From: Eledone cirrhosa
Taxonomy: Eukaryota
DNA: 64,000 bases
Direction of reading: 5' to 3'
Assembly (NCBI GenBank): GCA_964016885.1
Contig: OZ024741.1
Span: 72,540,001-72,604,000 of the forward strand
How positions within the stretch are numbered: position 1 is the stretch's first letter; every line of letters begins with the position of its first letter. The position numbers and the translations under genes are program-made. Under the pieces are notes generated by a model that worked only from the letters and a program-made list of their open reading frames with translations, ran no database searches and was not told where the DNA came from. This document shows, one piece after another, positions 45,695 to 59,900 of the stretch.

Positions 45695-46373
45695 TTTCAA
45701 TACCCGAATTACTTGATCGTTATTTTTGGCTATGCAAATGATTGTTTAACCATCGTCTCAGTGTGTTTGGCCTTTAACGTTTGTTATAGCTCTGGTTCAT
45801 CTGAATCATTGAGCACTTGCCGCACATCTCGGAGGTTGTTTTTCGTTATTTCGTGGGCCGAAATGCGAATCTCGATAATTTATGTTTGTTTATATATATA
45901 TATATGTGTGAATGAAGTAATTCCATCGGAAAAGTCCAGGAAAAAAGAGTGCTCTATGTAGGCAACAGAGCTTAATTATTATTATTATGTAATAAACAAC
46001 ATAAGGCAATTATTCCATTTACCAGTGGTTTCTTAAAAGCAAAAGGTTTTGCTTTCAATCCTCAGAACGAAAAAATCCTGGTTTGTTTATTGAATTTGGA
46101 TTACAAAAACAAAAATGCAATCTATATGAAAGTGAGGCTGGAGAAGGGAGAAGGAAAGGAAAAATAAAATAAAATAAAAGTACACATGCAAACACACACA
46201 CAAAAAAAAAACCCCAAAAGCATACTTACACACACATACATATATACATATATATATGTACGCATACATATATACATATACACATATATATAAAACGTAC
46301 ACTTACATACACATACACATATATACACACATATACACATACATACATTAATACATATACACACACGCACACA

Positions 46374-46404
<31 letters not shown>

Positions 46405-46885
46405 GCATACACACACACATATATATATGTACATATATATATATATATATATACACATACACACATACACATACACACACATACACATGTGTGTGTACAA
46501 GCATACACATACACAAACATAGCCATACACACACACATATATATACACACATACATACATTCACGCAAACATACAAAACGTACATACATACACATACATG
46601 AATGCACTCCTCTACATATTCACACACGCAAATAAATATAAGAAAAAAAAATATATATATATATATATTAAACATTTTTGACACCGATACATGACCCAGC
46701 TAACAGGACAGACACGCGTGGTAAGTAATACACACAAAAGCACGTATACATGCGTACGAAATAGTAAACACATACACACACTCTCATACATAAATATACA
46801 TAAACAAATACAAAAACACATACATACACATACATACACAAACACGCACACGTATACAATATAAACACACACATGTATATGTAAT

Positions 46886-46991
<106 letters not shown>

Positions 46992-47215
46992 TATACATAC
47001 ATATATATACAAAAATATAAAAATATAAACGCACACACACACACACATATACGTAAACACACATATACATACATAGCTAAGCAATTATACACATGCAAAT
47101 ACGTATATATCAAAAACACGCACAACCAAATACAAATACACACACACACACACACACACAACCACACACACACATACATAAAAAAATAATAAATACACAC
47201 ACACATATACATACA

Positions 47216-47275
<60 letters not shown>

Positions 47276-47557
47276 TACACATATACGTACATATACACAT
47301 ATGCATACACATACACACACACATATATATGTGTGTATGTGTAAAACTCAGTATTAGAAAAGACAAATGAACCTTACATAAACGTATATATAGTAGTAAA
47401 GTAATAAAGCAACATAAGGCAATTATTCCATTCACCAGAGGTTTCTTAAAAGCAAAAAATGTTTCCTTCAATCTTCAGAATGAAAAAAAAGAAAAAAAAC
47501 CTGGTTTATCCACATATACATACATATACACACACAAATATACATATATATACACAT

Positions 47558-47618
<61 letters not shown>

Positions 47619-47840
47619 CATATATATATATATACATATATATATATACACACAAAAATACATACACATACACATAGGTATGTGAAGGGCAAAACAAAAA
47701 GAATATATGGGGGGGGGGCTAAGAGGAGGTAAAATATAAGGGGAGGTAAGGGAGAAAAAAATTTTGTAAATATACAGAAGTACAGAAGGTAGAATCAGCA
47801 AAATAAAAACCGTAGCAGAAGTAAAGAGCAGGGAAGGAGT

Positions 47841-49981
47841 TTAAGGCGGTTGATTTATCATAGGAGTGTCAATCCAGTTACAGATCAGATGCGATTTCAG
47901 ATGAGGACAGCATCTGAAGATCTCAGTCTTTGAGTTAAGGCAAGCGGAAGTGGCTCTCAAGTTTAGCAAAATCCTATACTTTTCTGTGGTGCACAAAGAA
48001 CAATTCTTTGTGCCCCTTTGGTACTCCCTCGAATGGTCTAATATAGACCAATCAATAGAGTACGGGATATTACTATCCTTGAGATCCCATACCTTACTTG
48101 CGAAGGCCGTTGATGTTCGTTTATCGGAGTGCTTAAAAGAAGCGACATGTGAGTAAAATCTGGTTTTAAACCTGTCCTGGGTCATACCGACATATCGCTC
48201 ACTCCTGGCTGGCTGGTTGTTGATAACTGGCGTTATCTTAGCCTCATAAACGACAGATTTTGTGTTACATTTACCCTGCAATGGGCATTCATCCGGCTTC
48301 CTGCAACTGCATCCTGGATTTATCCTCGTACGGTTTGAACTGGTGATTTTGGACTTCATAGACGGGCAACAAGAGTAGCTGATCTTAACTACATTCCTAT
48401 TAAAAATCTTATAATATCTATGAATAGGAGGAAAATGTTTATCTAATAGTTCAAGGAATTTCCTTCCTACATTAGTTTTGACAGTTAGAGAGAAGGGGTG
48501 TGTGAACCAAATAATCTTCCTTTTCCTGTTATTATGGTTAGTTTTAGGGGGGGGGGGGGGGGAGTAGGTAAATAAGAAATTTTTTCTGTAAAACCGCTGT
48601 TCTTAAGGGCTTTATTATAATAAGGGGCGGCTTTATTAAAAATGTCTATAGACGAAGATAAGGTAGAAATCCTACGGCTAATGTTAGGAATAAGATTATT
48701 AAAAACTATAGGGGGATGGCAAGACTCTTTGTGTATATACCTAAGATTTTCATTAGGTTTATGATAGGGTTTAAAAGAGGCAGCAAGTAGATCAAGATTA
48801 ATATCAAGAAAGTTAGCATTAGTAAGGTTCGTATCAATAGTAATTTTAAGGTTAAGATTAGCAAAAGTATTGATTAAATCTTTACGGAATTTATCAAGAT
48901 TATGGCCGTTGGTGGTATGAGAAACTGCTAATCCGTCATCACGGTATAAACCGATATTATGGGACGGAAATTTCTCTTTGAGTGTGTGGAGAAGGAATAA
49001 TCCTACTAAGTCACACACATCCGCACTGTCATATGAACCCATTGCAACATCAAAAGAGCTTTCAGGGTTTGACTTTTTAACCCAAATGTTATCATTAGTA
49101 AAAAGTAAAGTTTTTCTAGCATGAAAGATAATGTCCTCTTCTAATTTAGAGATATTAATGAAGGGTCTTGCAAAATGTAAGGCATTAGTTAATAAGGAAA
49201 CAGTAATAGAAGGGTAAAAATCGACAATATCAAATTGGGTAAATCTACACTTATTTTTATCTTGTATATTATTGAACCAAGAAATAACAGAGGAAGTATT
49301 TAGCCACTGTGAAAGGTCAGTGTTAGTTCTAATTTGGAGAATTATTTTCCTTAAGATTTTCTTACTAGCAAGGCCAACCTCAGATTTAGCCGGGTTAATC
49401 AGTCTACAACTAGGTCGATTAGTAAAGTCCAATTTATGGTCTTTAAGGGTAATATATGCTTTACGCTTAGCTAAGATTTCAATACGGTTATCTATTTGTA
49501 AAGCACTAGCTAGTTCTTTAGCTTCTTTATTGATAGTATTGTAGCTATTATTATTAGTTAATTGATATTTATTGGTAATACTATTAGTTAAAAGTTGGTT
49601 ATACAAATTACTATTAACTTCAAAGAGGTTTTTAGTTTTATCAGAAAGAACGGAAGTGTTTGCAGAATTTCTAAAATTAGAGATATCGTTAGAAAGTTTA
49701 GTTTGAAAGTTATTATTGTACTTACGAAATTTGATATCACTAATTAGATTAACGAGGTCTAATTCAAAGTTGGCCATGTCTTTAATTCTAGGTGGATATT
49801 TACGGGATTCAATGTCAAAATAATCTTTAGTATCAGCACTGAATAGTCCATCGTAAACCATTGCCTTCCATCTCATTCTTTTAACGACTTGTTCGATTTT
49901 ATCTATGAGGATTTTGGTGTAAGTTGTGTTGGAAGGAGTGGGTATATTTTTGATAGAATAATCCAAATCATAAAGGTCCAT
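47841..49981 (-). CDS. PLE polyprotein (RT + GIY-YIG endonuclease), ~713 aa if one frameshift at G16 (48547-48562) is corrected
   Basis: YSIKNIP, TLKDHK...RLINP, FDIVDFYPSI, MGSYDSADVCDLVG, LYRDD. The second frame is open from the homopolymer through RKRKIIWF to VVYEAKI...YVGMTQDRFKTRFYSH, CSLC and the stop. Confidence 0.9.
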
Positions 49982-50199
49982 GGTGTATGTTGGTTAAATT
50001 CCTGAAAACTGTAGAGTGCTCAACTAATCGGGCTGGAAAGTGCCAATCGTATATGTAATATAGAATATGCTGCAATCAATCCCGGTTGGAGCTGTATAAA
50101 TGAAGTAATTCCATCGGAAAAGTCCAGGAAAAAGAGTGCTCTATTTAGGCAACAGAGCTTAATTATTATTATTATGTAATAAACAACATAAGGCAATTA

Positions 50200-50259
50200 T
50201 TCCATTTACCAGTGGTTTCTTAAAAGCAAAAGGTTTTGCTTTCAATCGTCAGAACGAAA
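50200..50259 (-). ncRNA. Type I hammerhead with 12-bp stem II (other copies 46013-46072 and 47426-47485)
   Basis: TTTCGTT-CTGACGA-TTGAAAGCAAAACCTTTTGCTTTTAA-GAAA-CCACTGG-TA-AATGGAA. Confidence 0.8.
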
Positions 50260-50724
50260 AAATCCTGGTTTGTTTATTGAATTTGGATTACAAAAACAAA
50301 AATGCAATCTATATGAAAGTGAGGCTGGAGGCCTCAAAATACATACATTGAAACATACATGCATACAGTCACACACTCACAGACACACACACACCCCCTC
50401 TGACTCTCTCTCTCTCTTACACTCACAGACACACACACATACACCCTCTCTCTCTTACACTCACACACACACACAGAAACACACACACACATCCTCTCTC
50501 ACTCTCTCGTTCTCTTACACTCACAGACACACACACATATACACACACTCTCTCTCTCTTACAGTCACACACACACAAACACACACACCCTAACTCTTCC
50601 ACACATACACACACACACTCTCTCTCTCTTACACTCACAGACACACACACACACCGTCTCTCTCTTTCACACACACACACACACCGTCTCTCTTCCACTC
50701 ACACACACACACACACACCCTTAC

Positions 50725-50761
<37 letters not shown>

Positions 50762-50776
50762 CACACACACACACAC

Positions 50777-50901
50777 AGGTACAGAAGAGCCCCAGGAGAA
50801 GTGTAGAGTGTAGAAGTTGAACGTGTGAACAATATACAACATAAAATGGCAGCTGTCATTGTATTGCTGTTCAACGCAGCAGTGATAATAGCTTCACCTC
50901 T
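50777..50901. other. Unique ~125-bp island with splice-like borders on both strands (candidate exon)
   Basis: Minus: ctacag|123 nt open (GEAIITAALNSNTMTAAILCCILF...)|gtgtgt. Plus: cacag|...AAAATGG MAAVIVLLFNAAVIIASP|gtagga. Confidence 0.25.
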
Positions 50902-50909
50902 GTAGGATA

Positions 50910-53900
50910 GATATTGTTGTTGTGGTTGTGGTTGTGGCTGTAGATATTGTTGTTGTTGTTGTTGTGGTTGTAGTTGTAGTTGTTGTGGTTGTTGTGGATA
51001 TTGTAGTAGTAGTTGTTGTGGTTGTAGATATTGTTGTTGTAGTTGTTGCTGTAGATATTGTTGTTGTTGCTGTAGATATTGTTGTTGTGGTTGTGGTTCT
51101 AGTTGTTGTGGATATTGTTGTAGTAGTTGTTGTTGTTGCTGTAAATATTGTTGTTGTTACTTTAGTTGTTAATTTAGTTGTTGTTAGTACTTTAGTTGTT
51201 GTTGATAGTTTGTTGTTGTTGTTAGTTTAGTTGTTGTTGTTACTTTAGTTGTTGTTGTTACTTTAGTTGTTGTTGTTACTTTAGTTGTTGTTGTTAGTTT
51301 AGCTGTTGTTGATAGTTTAGTTGTTGTTGTTACTTTAGTTGTTGTTGTTACTTTAGTTGTTGTTGATAGTTTAGTTGTTGTTGTTACTTTAGATGTTGTT
51401 GATAGTTTATTTGTTGTTGCTTTAGTTGTTGTTGATAGTTTAGTTGTTGTTGTTACTTTAGTTGTTGTTGTTACTTTAGTTGTTGTTGATAGTTTAGTTG
51501 TTGTTACTTTAGGTGTTGTTACTTTAGTTGTTGTTGTTACTTTAGTTGTTGTTACTTTAGTTGTTGTTGTTACTTTAGTTGTTGTTGATACTTTAGTTGT
51601 TGTTGTTACTTTAGTTGTTGTTGATAGTTTAGTTGTTGTTACTTTAGATGTTGTTGATAGTTTATTTGTTGTTGCTTTAGTTGTTGTTGATAGTTTAGTT
51701 GTTATTGTTACTTTAGTTGTTGTTACTTTAGTTGTTGTTGTTACTTTAGTTGTTGTTGATAGTTTAGTTGTTGTTAATTTAGTTGTTGTTACTTTAGTTG
51801 TTGTTGTTACTTTAGTTGTTGTTGGTACTTTAGTTGTTGTTGATACTTTAGTTGTTGTTGTTACTTTAGTTGTTGTTGATAGTTTAGTTGTTGTTGTTAC
51901 TTTAGATGTTGTTGATAGTTTATTTGTTGTTGCTTTAGTTGTTGTTGATAGTTTAGTTGTTGTTGTTACTTTAGTTGTTGTTACTTAGTTGTTGTTATTA
52001 CTTTAGTTGTTGTTGATAGTTTAGTTGTTGTTGCTTCAGTTGTTGTTATTACTTTACTTGTTAATTTAGTTGTTGTTAGTACTTTAGTTGTTGTTGATAG
52101 TTTGTTGTTTTTGTTAGTTTAGTTGTTGTTGTTACTTTAGTTGTTGTTGTTACTTTAGTTGTTGTTGTTAGTTTAGTTGTTGTGGGTTTAGTTGTTGTTG
52201 TTACTTTAGTTGTTGTTGTTACTTTAGTTGTTGTTGTTAGTTTAGTTGTTGTTGTTAGTTTAGTTGTTGTTGTTACTTTAGTTGTTGTTGTTAGTTTAGT
52301 TGTTGTTAGTTTAGTTGTTGTTGTTATTTTAGTTCTTGTTGTTAGTTTAGTTGTTGTTGTAGTTTAGCTGTTGTTGTTAGTTTAGTTATTGTTGTTACTT
52401 TAGTTCTTGTTGTTAGTTTAGTTGTTGTTGTTACTTTAGTTCTTGTTGTTACTTTAGTTGTTGTTGATAGTTTAGTTGTTGTTACTTTAGTTGTTGTTGT
52501 TACTTTAGTTGTTGTTGTTACTTTAGTTGTTGTTGTTAGTTTAGTTGTTGTTGATAGTTTGTTGTTGTTGTTACTTTAGTTATTGTTGATAGTTTGTTGT
52601 TGTTGTTAGTTTAGTTGTTGTTGAAAGTTTAGTTGTTGTTGATACTTTAGTTGTTGTTGTTAGTTTAGTTGTTGTTGATAGTTTGTTGTTGTTGTTACTT
52701 TAGTTGTTGTTGATAGTTTGTTGTTGTTAGTTTAATTGTTGTTGTTACTTTAGTTGTTGTTGTTACTTTAGTTGTTGTTGATAGTTTCGTTGTTATTGTT
52801 ACTTTAGTTGTTGTTGTTACTTTAGTTGTTGTTGTTACTTTAGTTGTTGTTGATAGTTTAGTTGTTGTTGTTACTTTAGTTGTTGTTGATAGTTTAGTTG
52901 TTGTTGTTACTTTTTTTGTTGTTGTTACTTTAGTTGTTGTTACTTTAGTTGTTGTTGTTACTTTAGTTGTTGTTGTTACTTTAGTTGTTGTTACTTTAGT
53001 TGTTGTTACTTTAGTTGTTAATGATAGTTTAGTTGTTGTTGTTACTTTAGTTGTTTTTACTTATGTTGTTGTTGATAGTTTAGCTGTTGTTGTCATTTAG
53101 TTGTTGTTGTTACTTTAGTTGTTGATGTTACTTTAGTTGTTGTTACTTTAGTTGTTGATAGTTTAGTTGTTGTTGTTACGTTAGTTGTTGTTACTTTAGT
53201 TGTTGTTACGTAACATGTTGTTGCTACTTTAGTTGTTGCTACTTTAGTTGTTGTTGATTGTTTAGTTGTTGTTACTTTAGTTGTTGTTGTTACTGTAGTT
53301 GTTGTTGTTACTTTAGTTGTTGTTGATAGTTTAGTTGTTGTTGATAGTTCAGTTGTTGTTGTTACTTTAGTTGTTGTTGTTACTTTAGTTGTTGTTGATA
53401 GTTTAGTTGTTGTTTTTACTTTAGTTATTGTTGATATTTTAGTTGTTGATGTTACTTTAGTTGTTGTTTTTACTTTAGTTGTTGTTGATAGTTTAGTTGT
53501 TGTTGCTTCAGTTGTTGTTGTTACTTTAGTTGTTAATTTAGTTGTTGTTGATAGTTTGTTGTTGTTGTTAGTTTACTTGTTGTTGTTACTTTAGTTGTTG
53601 TTGTTAATTTAGTTGTTGTTGTTAGTTTAGTTGTTGTTAGTTTAGTTGTTGTTGTTACTTAGAGTTGTTGTTGTTAGTTTAGTTGTTGTTGTTAGTTTAG
53701 CTGTTGTTGTTACTTTAGTTGTTGTTGTTAGTTTAGTTGTTGTTGAAAGTTTGTTGTTGTTGTTACTTTAGTTGTTGTTGATAGTTTGTTGTTGTTGTTA
53801 GTTTAGTTGTTGTTGAAAGTTTAGTTGTTGTTGTTACTTTAGTTGTTGTTGTTAGTTTAGTTGTTGTTGTTAGTTTAGTTGTTGTTGTTGTTAGTTTAGT

Positions 53901-56900
53901 TGTTGTTGTTACTTTAGTTGTTGTAGTTACTTTAGTTGTTACTTTAGTTGTTGTTACTTTAGTTGTTGTTACTTTAGTTGTTGTTGTTACTTTAGTTGTT
54001 GTTGTTACTTTAGTTGCTGTTGTTGGTTTAGTTGTTTTTGATAGTTTAGTTGTTGTTGTTACTTTAGTTGTTGTTGTTTCTTTCGTTGTTGTTGATACTT
54101 TAGTTGTTGTTGTTACTTTAGTTGTTGATACTTTAGTTGTTGCTACTTTAGTTGTTGTTGATAGTTTAGTTGTTGTTACTTTAGTTGTTGTTGTTACTGT
54201 AGTTGTTGTTGTTACTTTAGTTGTTGTTGCTACTTTAGTTGATGTTATTACTTTAGTTGCTGTTGTTGCTTTAGTTGTTTTTGATAGTTTAGTTGTTGTT
54301 GCTACTTTAGTTGTTGTTGTTACTTTAGTTGTTGTTGATAGTTTAGTTGTTGTTGATAGTTCAGTTGTTGTTGTTACTTTAGTTGTTGTTGTTACTTTAG
54401 TTGTAGTTGATAGTTTAGTTGTTGTTGTTACTTTAGTTGTTGTTGTTACTTTAGTTGTTGTTGTTACTTTATTTGTTGTTGATAATTTAGTTGTTGTTGT
54501 TAGTTTAGTTGTTGTTGTTACTTTAGTTGTTGTTACTTTAGTTGTTGTTGTTACTTTAGTTGTTGTTGTTACTTTAGTTGCTGTTGTTGGTTTAGTTGTT
54601 GTTATTACTTTAGTTGTTGATAGTTTAGTTGTTGTTGTTACTTCAGTTGTTGTTGTTACTTTAGTTGTTGTTACTTTAGTTGTTGTTGATAGTTTAGTTG
54701 TTGTTGTTACTTTAGTTGTTGTTGATAGTTTAATTGTTGTTGTTACTTTAGTTGTTACTTTAGTTGTTGTTGATAGTTTAGTTGTTGTTGTTACTTTAGT
54801 TGTTGTTGTTACTTTAGTTGTTATTGTTACTTTAGTTGTTGTTGTTACCTTAGTTGTTGCTACTTTAGTTGTTGTTGTTACTGTAGTTGTTGTTGTTGGT
54901 TTAGTTGTTTTTGATAGTTTAGTTGTTGTTGTTACTTTAGTTGTTGTTGTTACTTTCGTTGTTGTTGATACTTTTGTTGTTGTTGTTCCTTTAGTTGTTG
55001 CTACTTTAGTTGTTGCTACTTTAGTTGTTGTTGATAATTTAGTTGTTGTTACTTTAGTTGTTGTTGTTACTGTAGTTGTTGTTGTTACTTAGATTGTTGT
55101 TGCTACTTTAGTTGTTGTTATTACTTTCGTTGTTTTGTTGATACTTTAGTTGTCGTTGTTACTTTAGTTGTTGATACTTTAGTTGTTGCAACTTTAGTTG
55201 TTGTTGATAGTTTAGTTGCTGTTGTTGCTTTAGTTGTTTTTGATAGTTTAGTTGTTGTTGCGACTTTAGTTGTTGTTGTTACTTTCGTTGTTTTGTTGAT
55301 ACTTTAGTTGTCGTTGTTACTTTAGTTGTTGATACTTTAGTTGTTGCAACTTTAGTTGTTGTTGATAGTTTAGTTGTTGTTGTTACTTTAGTTGTTGTTG
55401 ATTGTTTAATTGTTGTTGTTACTTTAGTTGTTGCTACTTTAGTTGTTGTTTAAAGTTTAGTTGTTGTTGTTACTTTAGTTGTTGTTGTTACTTAAGTTGT
55501 TGTTACTTTAGTTGTTGTTGATAGTTTAGTTGTTGTTGTTACTTTTTTGTTGCTGTTACTTTAGTTGTTGTTACTTTAGTTGTTGTTACTATAGTTGTTG
55601 TTGTTACTTTAGCTGTTGTTGATAGTTTAGGAGTTGTTGTTACTTAAGTTGTTGTTGTTACATTAGTTGTTGTTGATAGTTTAGTTGTTGTTGTTACTTT
55701 AGTTGTTGTTGATAGTTTAGTTGCTATTGTTATTTAGTTGTTGTTGTTATTTAGTTTTTGTTGTTACTTTAGTTATTGTTGATAGTTTATTTGTTGTTGA
55801 CATTTAATTGTTGTTGTTACTTTAGTTGTTGTTGTTACTTTAGTTGTTGTTGATAGTTTGTTGTTGTTGTTAGTTTAGTTGTTGTTGTTGTTAGTTTAGT
55901 TGTTGTTGAAACTTTAGTTGTTGTTGTTACTTTAGATGTTGTTGTTAGTTTAGTTGTTGTTGTTACTTTAGCTGTTGTTGATAGTTTAGTTGTTGTTGTT
56001 ACTTTAGTTGTTATTGTTACTTTAGTTGTTGTTGTTACTTTAGTTGTTGTTGTTACCTTAGTTCTTGTTGATAGTTTAGTTGTTGTTGTTACTTTTGTTG
56101 TTGTTGTTACTTTAGTTGTTGTTACTTTAGTTGTTGTTACTTTAGTTGTTTTTGTTACTTTAGTTGTTGTAGTTACTTTAGTTGTTGTTACTTTAGTTGT
56201 TGTTACTTTAGTTGTTGTTGATAGTTTAGTTGTTGTTGTTACTTTAGTTGTTGTTACTTTAGTTGTTGTTGATAGTTTAGTTGTTGTTGTTACTTTAGTT
56301 GTTGTTGTTACTTTAGTTGTTGTTGATAGTTTAGTTGTTGTTACTTTAGTTGTTGTTACTTTAGTTGTTGTTGATAGTTTAGTTGTTGTTGTTACTTTAG
56401 TTGTTGTTACTTTAGTTGTTGTTGATAGTTCAGTTGTTATTGTTACTTTAGTTGTTGTTACTTTAGTTGTTGTTGATAGTTTAGTTGTTGTTGTTACTTT
56501 AGTTGTTGTTGTTACTTTAGTTGTTGTTGATAATTTAGTTGTTGTTGTTAGTTTAGTTGTTGTTGTTACTTTAGTTGTTGTTACTTTAGTTGGTGTTGTT
56601 ACTTTAGTTATTGTTGATAGTTTAGTTGTTGTTACTTTAGTTGTTGTTGTTACTTGAGTTGTTGATAGTTTAGTTGTTGTTGTTACTTTAGTTGTTGTTG
56701 TTACTTTAGTTGTTGTTGTTACATTAGTTGTTGTTACTTTAGTTGTTGTTGATAGTTTAGTTGTTGTTGTTACTTTAGTTGTTGTTGATAGTTTAATTGT
56801 TGTTGTTACTTTAGTTGTTGTTACTTTAGTTGTTGTTGTTACTTTAGTTGTTGTTGTTACTTTAGTTGTTGTTGATAGTTTAGTTGTTGTTGTTACTTTA

Positions 56901-59900
56901 GTTGTTGTTGATAGTTTAGTTGTTGTTGTTACTTTTTTGTGGCTGCTACTTTAGTTGTTGTTACTATAGTTGTTGTTGTTACTTTAGTTGTTGTTGATAG
57001 TTTAGTTGTTGTTGTTACTTTAGTTGTTGTTGTTACTTTAATTGTTGTTGATAGTTTAGTTGTTGTTGTTACATTAGTTGTTGTTGTTACGTTAGTTGTT
57101 GTTGGTAGTTTAGTTGTTGTTTTTATTTAGTTGTTGTTGCTATTTAGTTTTTGTTGTTACTTTAGTTATTGTTGACAGTTTAGTTGTTGTTGTCATTTAG
57201 TTGTTGTTGTTACTTTAGTTGTTGTTGTTACTTTAGTTGTTGTTGATATTTTATTTGTTGTTGTTGTTTAGTTGTTGTTACTTTAGTTGTTGTTGATAGT
57301 TTAGTTGTTGTTGTCACTTTAGTTGTTGTTGTTACTTTAGTTGGTGTTGTTACTTTAGTTGTTGTTGATAGTTTAGTTGTTGTTGTTACTTTAGTTGTTG
57401 TTGATAGTTTAGTTGTTGTTACTTTTTTTGTTGTTGTTACTTTAGTTGTTGTTACTTTAGTTGTTGTTGATAGTTTAGCTGTTGTTGTCATTTAGTTTTT
57501 GTTGTTACTTATGTTGTTGATGTTACTTTAGTTGTTGTTGCTTTAGTTGTTGTTGATAGTTTAGTTGTTGTTGTTACTTTAGTTGTTGTTACTTTAGTTG
57601 TTGTTGTTACCTTAGTTGTTGTTACTTTAGTTGTTGTTGTTACTTTAGTTGTTGTTGATATTTTAGTTACTGATGTTATTTTACTTGTTGTTGTTAGTTT
57701 AGATGTTGTTACTTTAGTTGTTGTTGATAGTTTTGTTGTTGTTGATAGTTTAGTTGTTGTTAATTTAGTTGTTGCTACTTTAGTTGCTGTTGTTGGTTTA
57801 GTTGTTTTTGTTAGTTTAATTGTTGTTGTTACTTTAGTTGTTGTAGTTACTTTAGTTGTTGTAGTTACTTTAGATATTGTTACTTTAGTTGTTGTTACGT
57901 AACATGTTGTTGTTACTTTAGTTGTTGTTGTTGTTACTTTAGTTGTTGTTGATACTTTAGTTGTTGTTGTTACTTTAGTTGTTGTTGATAGTTTTGTTGT
58001 TGTTGATAGTTTAGTTGTTGTTACTTTAGTTGTTGTTGTTACTGTAGTTGTTGTTGTTACTGTAGTTGTTGTTGCTACTTTAGTTGTTGTTATTACTTTA
58101 GTTGCTGTTGTTGCTTTTGTTGTTGTTGATACTTTAGTTGTTGTTGTTACTTTAGTTGTTGCTACTTTAGTTGTTGCTACTTTAGTTGTTGTTGATAGTT
58201 TAGTTGTTGTTACTTTAGTTGTTGTTGTTACTGTAGTTGTTGTTGTTACTTTAGTTGTTGTTGCTACTTTAGTTGTTGTTATTACTTTAGTTGCTGTTGT
58301 TGCTTTTGTTGTTGTTGATACTTTAGTTGTTGTTGTTACTTTAGTTGTTGATACTTTAGTTGTTGTTACTTTAGTTGTTGTTGATAGTTTAGTTGTTGTT
58401 GTTACTTTAGTTGTTGTTGATAGTTTAGTTGTTGTTGTTACATTTTTGTTGCTGTTACTTTAGTTGTTGTTACTTTAGTTGTTGTTACTATAGTTGTTGA
58501 TGTTACTTTAGTTGTTGTTGATAGTTTAGTTGTTGTTGTTACTTTAGTTGTTGTTGTTACATTTGTTGTTGTTGATAGTTTAGTTGTTGTTGTTACTTTA
58601 GTTGTTGTTGATAGTTTAGTTGCTGTTGTTATTTAGTTGTTGTTGTTATTTAGTTTTTGTTGTTACTTTAGTTATTGTTGATAGTTTAGTTGTTGTTGAC
58701 ATTTAATTGTTGTTGTTACTTTAGTTGTTGTTGTTACTTTAGTTGTTGATAGTTTGTTGTTGTTGTTAGTTTAGTTGTTGTTGTTGTTAGTTTAGGTGTT
58801 GTTGAAACTTTAGTTGTTGTTGTTACTTTAGTTGTTGTTCTTAGTTTACTTGTTGTTGTTACTTTAGTTGTTGTTGTTACTTTAGTTGTTGTTGTTACTT
58901 TAGTTGTTGTTGTTAGTTTAGTTGTTGTTGTTACTTTAGTTGTTGTTGTTACTTTAGTTGTTGTTGTTACTTTAGATGTTGTTACTTTAGTTGTTGTTGT
59001 TACTTTAGTTGTTGTAGTTACTTTAGTTGTTGTTACATTAGTTGTTGTTACTTTAGTTGTTGTTGATAGTTTAGTTGTTGTTACTTTAGTTGTTGTTGTT
59101 ACTTTAGTTGTTGTTGTTACTTTAGTTGTTGTTGATAATTTAGTTGTTGTTGTTAGTTTAGTTGTTGTTGTTACTTTAGTTGTTGTTACTTTAGTTGGTG
59201 TTGTTACTTTAGTTATTGTTGATAGTTTAGTTGTTGCTACTTTAGTTGTTGTTGTTACTTTAGTTGTTGATAGTTTAGTTGTTGTTGTTACTTTAGTTGT
59301 TGTTGTTACTTTGGTTGTTGTTACTTTAGTTGTTGTTGATAGTTTAGTTGTTGTTACTTTAGTTGTTGTTGATAGTTTAATTGTTGTTGTTACTTTAGTT
59401 GTTGTTACTTTAGTTGTTGTTGATAGTTTAGTTGTTGTTGTTACTTTAGTTGTTGTTGTTACTTTAGTTGTTGTTGTTACTTTAGTTGTTGTTGATAGTT
59501 TAGTTGTTGTTGTTACTTTAGTTGTTGTTGATAGTTTAGTTGTTGTTGTTACATTTTTGTTGCTGTTACTTTAGTTGTTGTTACTTTAGTTGTTGTTACT
59601 ATAGTTGTTGTTGTTACTTTAGTTGTTGTTGATAGTTTAGTTGTTGTTGTTACTTTAGTTGTTGTTGTTACATTAGTTGTTGTTGATAGTTTAGTTGTTG
59701 CTGTTACTTTAGTTGTGGTTGATAGTTTAGTTGCTGTTGTTACTTTAGTTGTTGTTGATAGTTTAGTTGTTGTTGTTACTTTAGTTGTTGTTGATAGTTT
59801 AGTTGTTATTGTTACTTTAGTTGTTGTTACGTAACATGTTGTTGTTACTTTAGTTGTTGTTACTTTAGTTGTTGTTACTATAGTTGTTGTTGTTAGTTTA

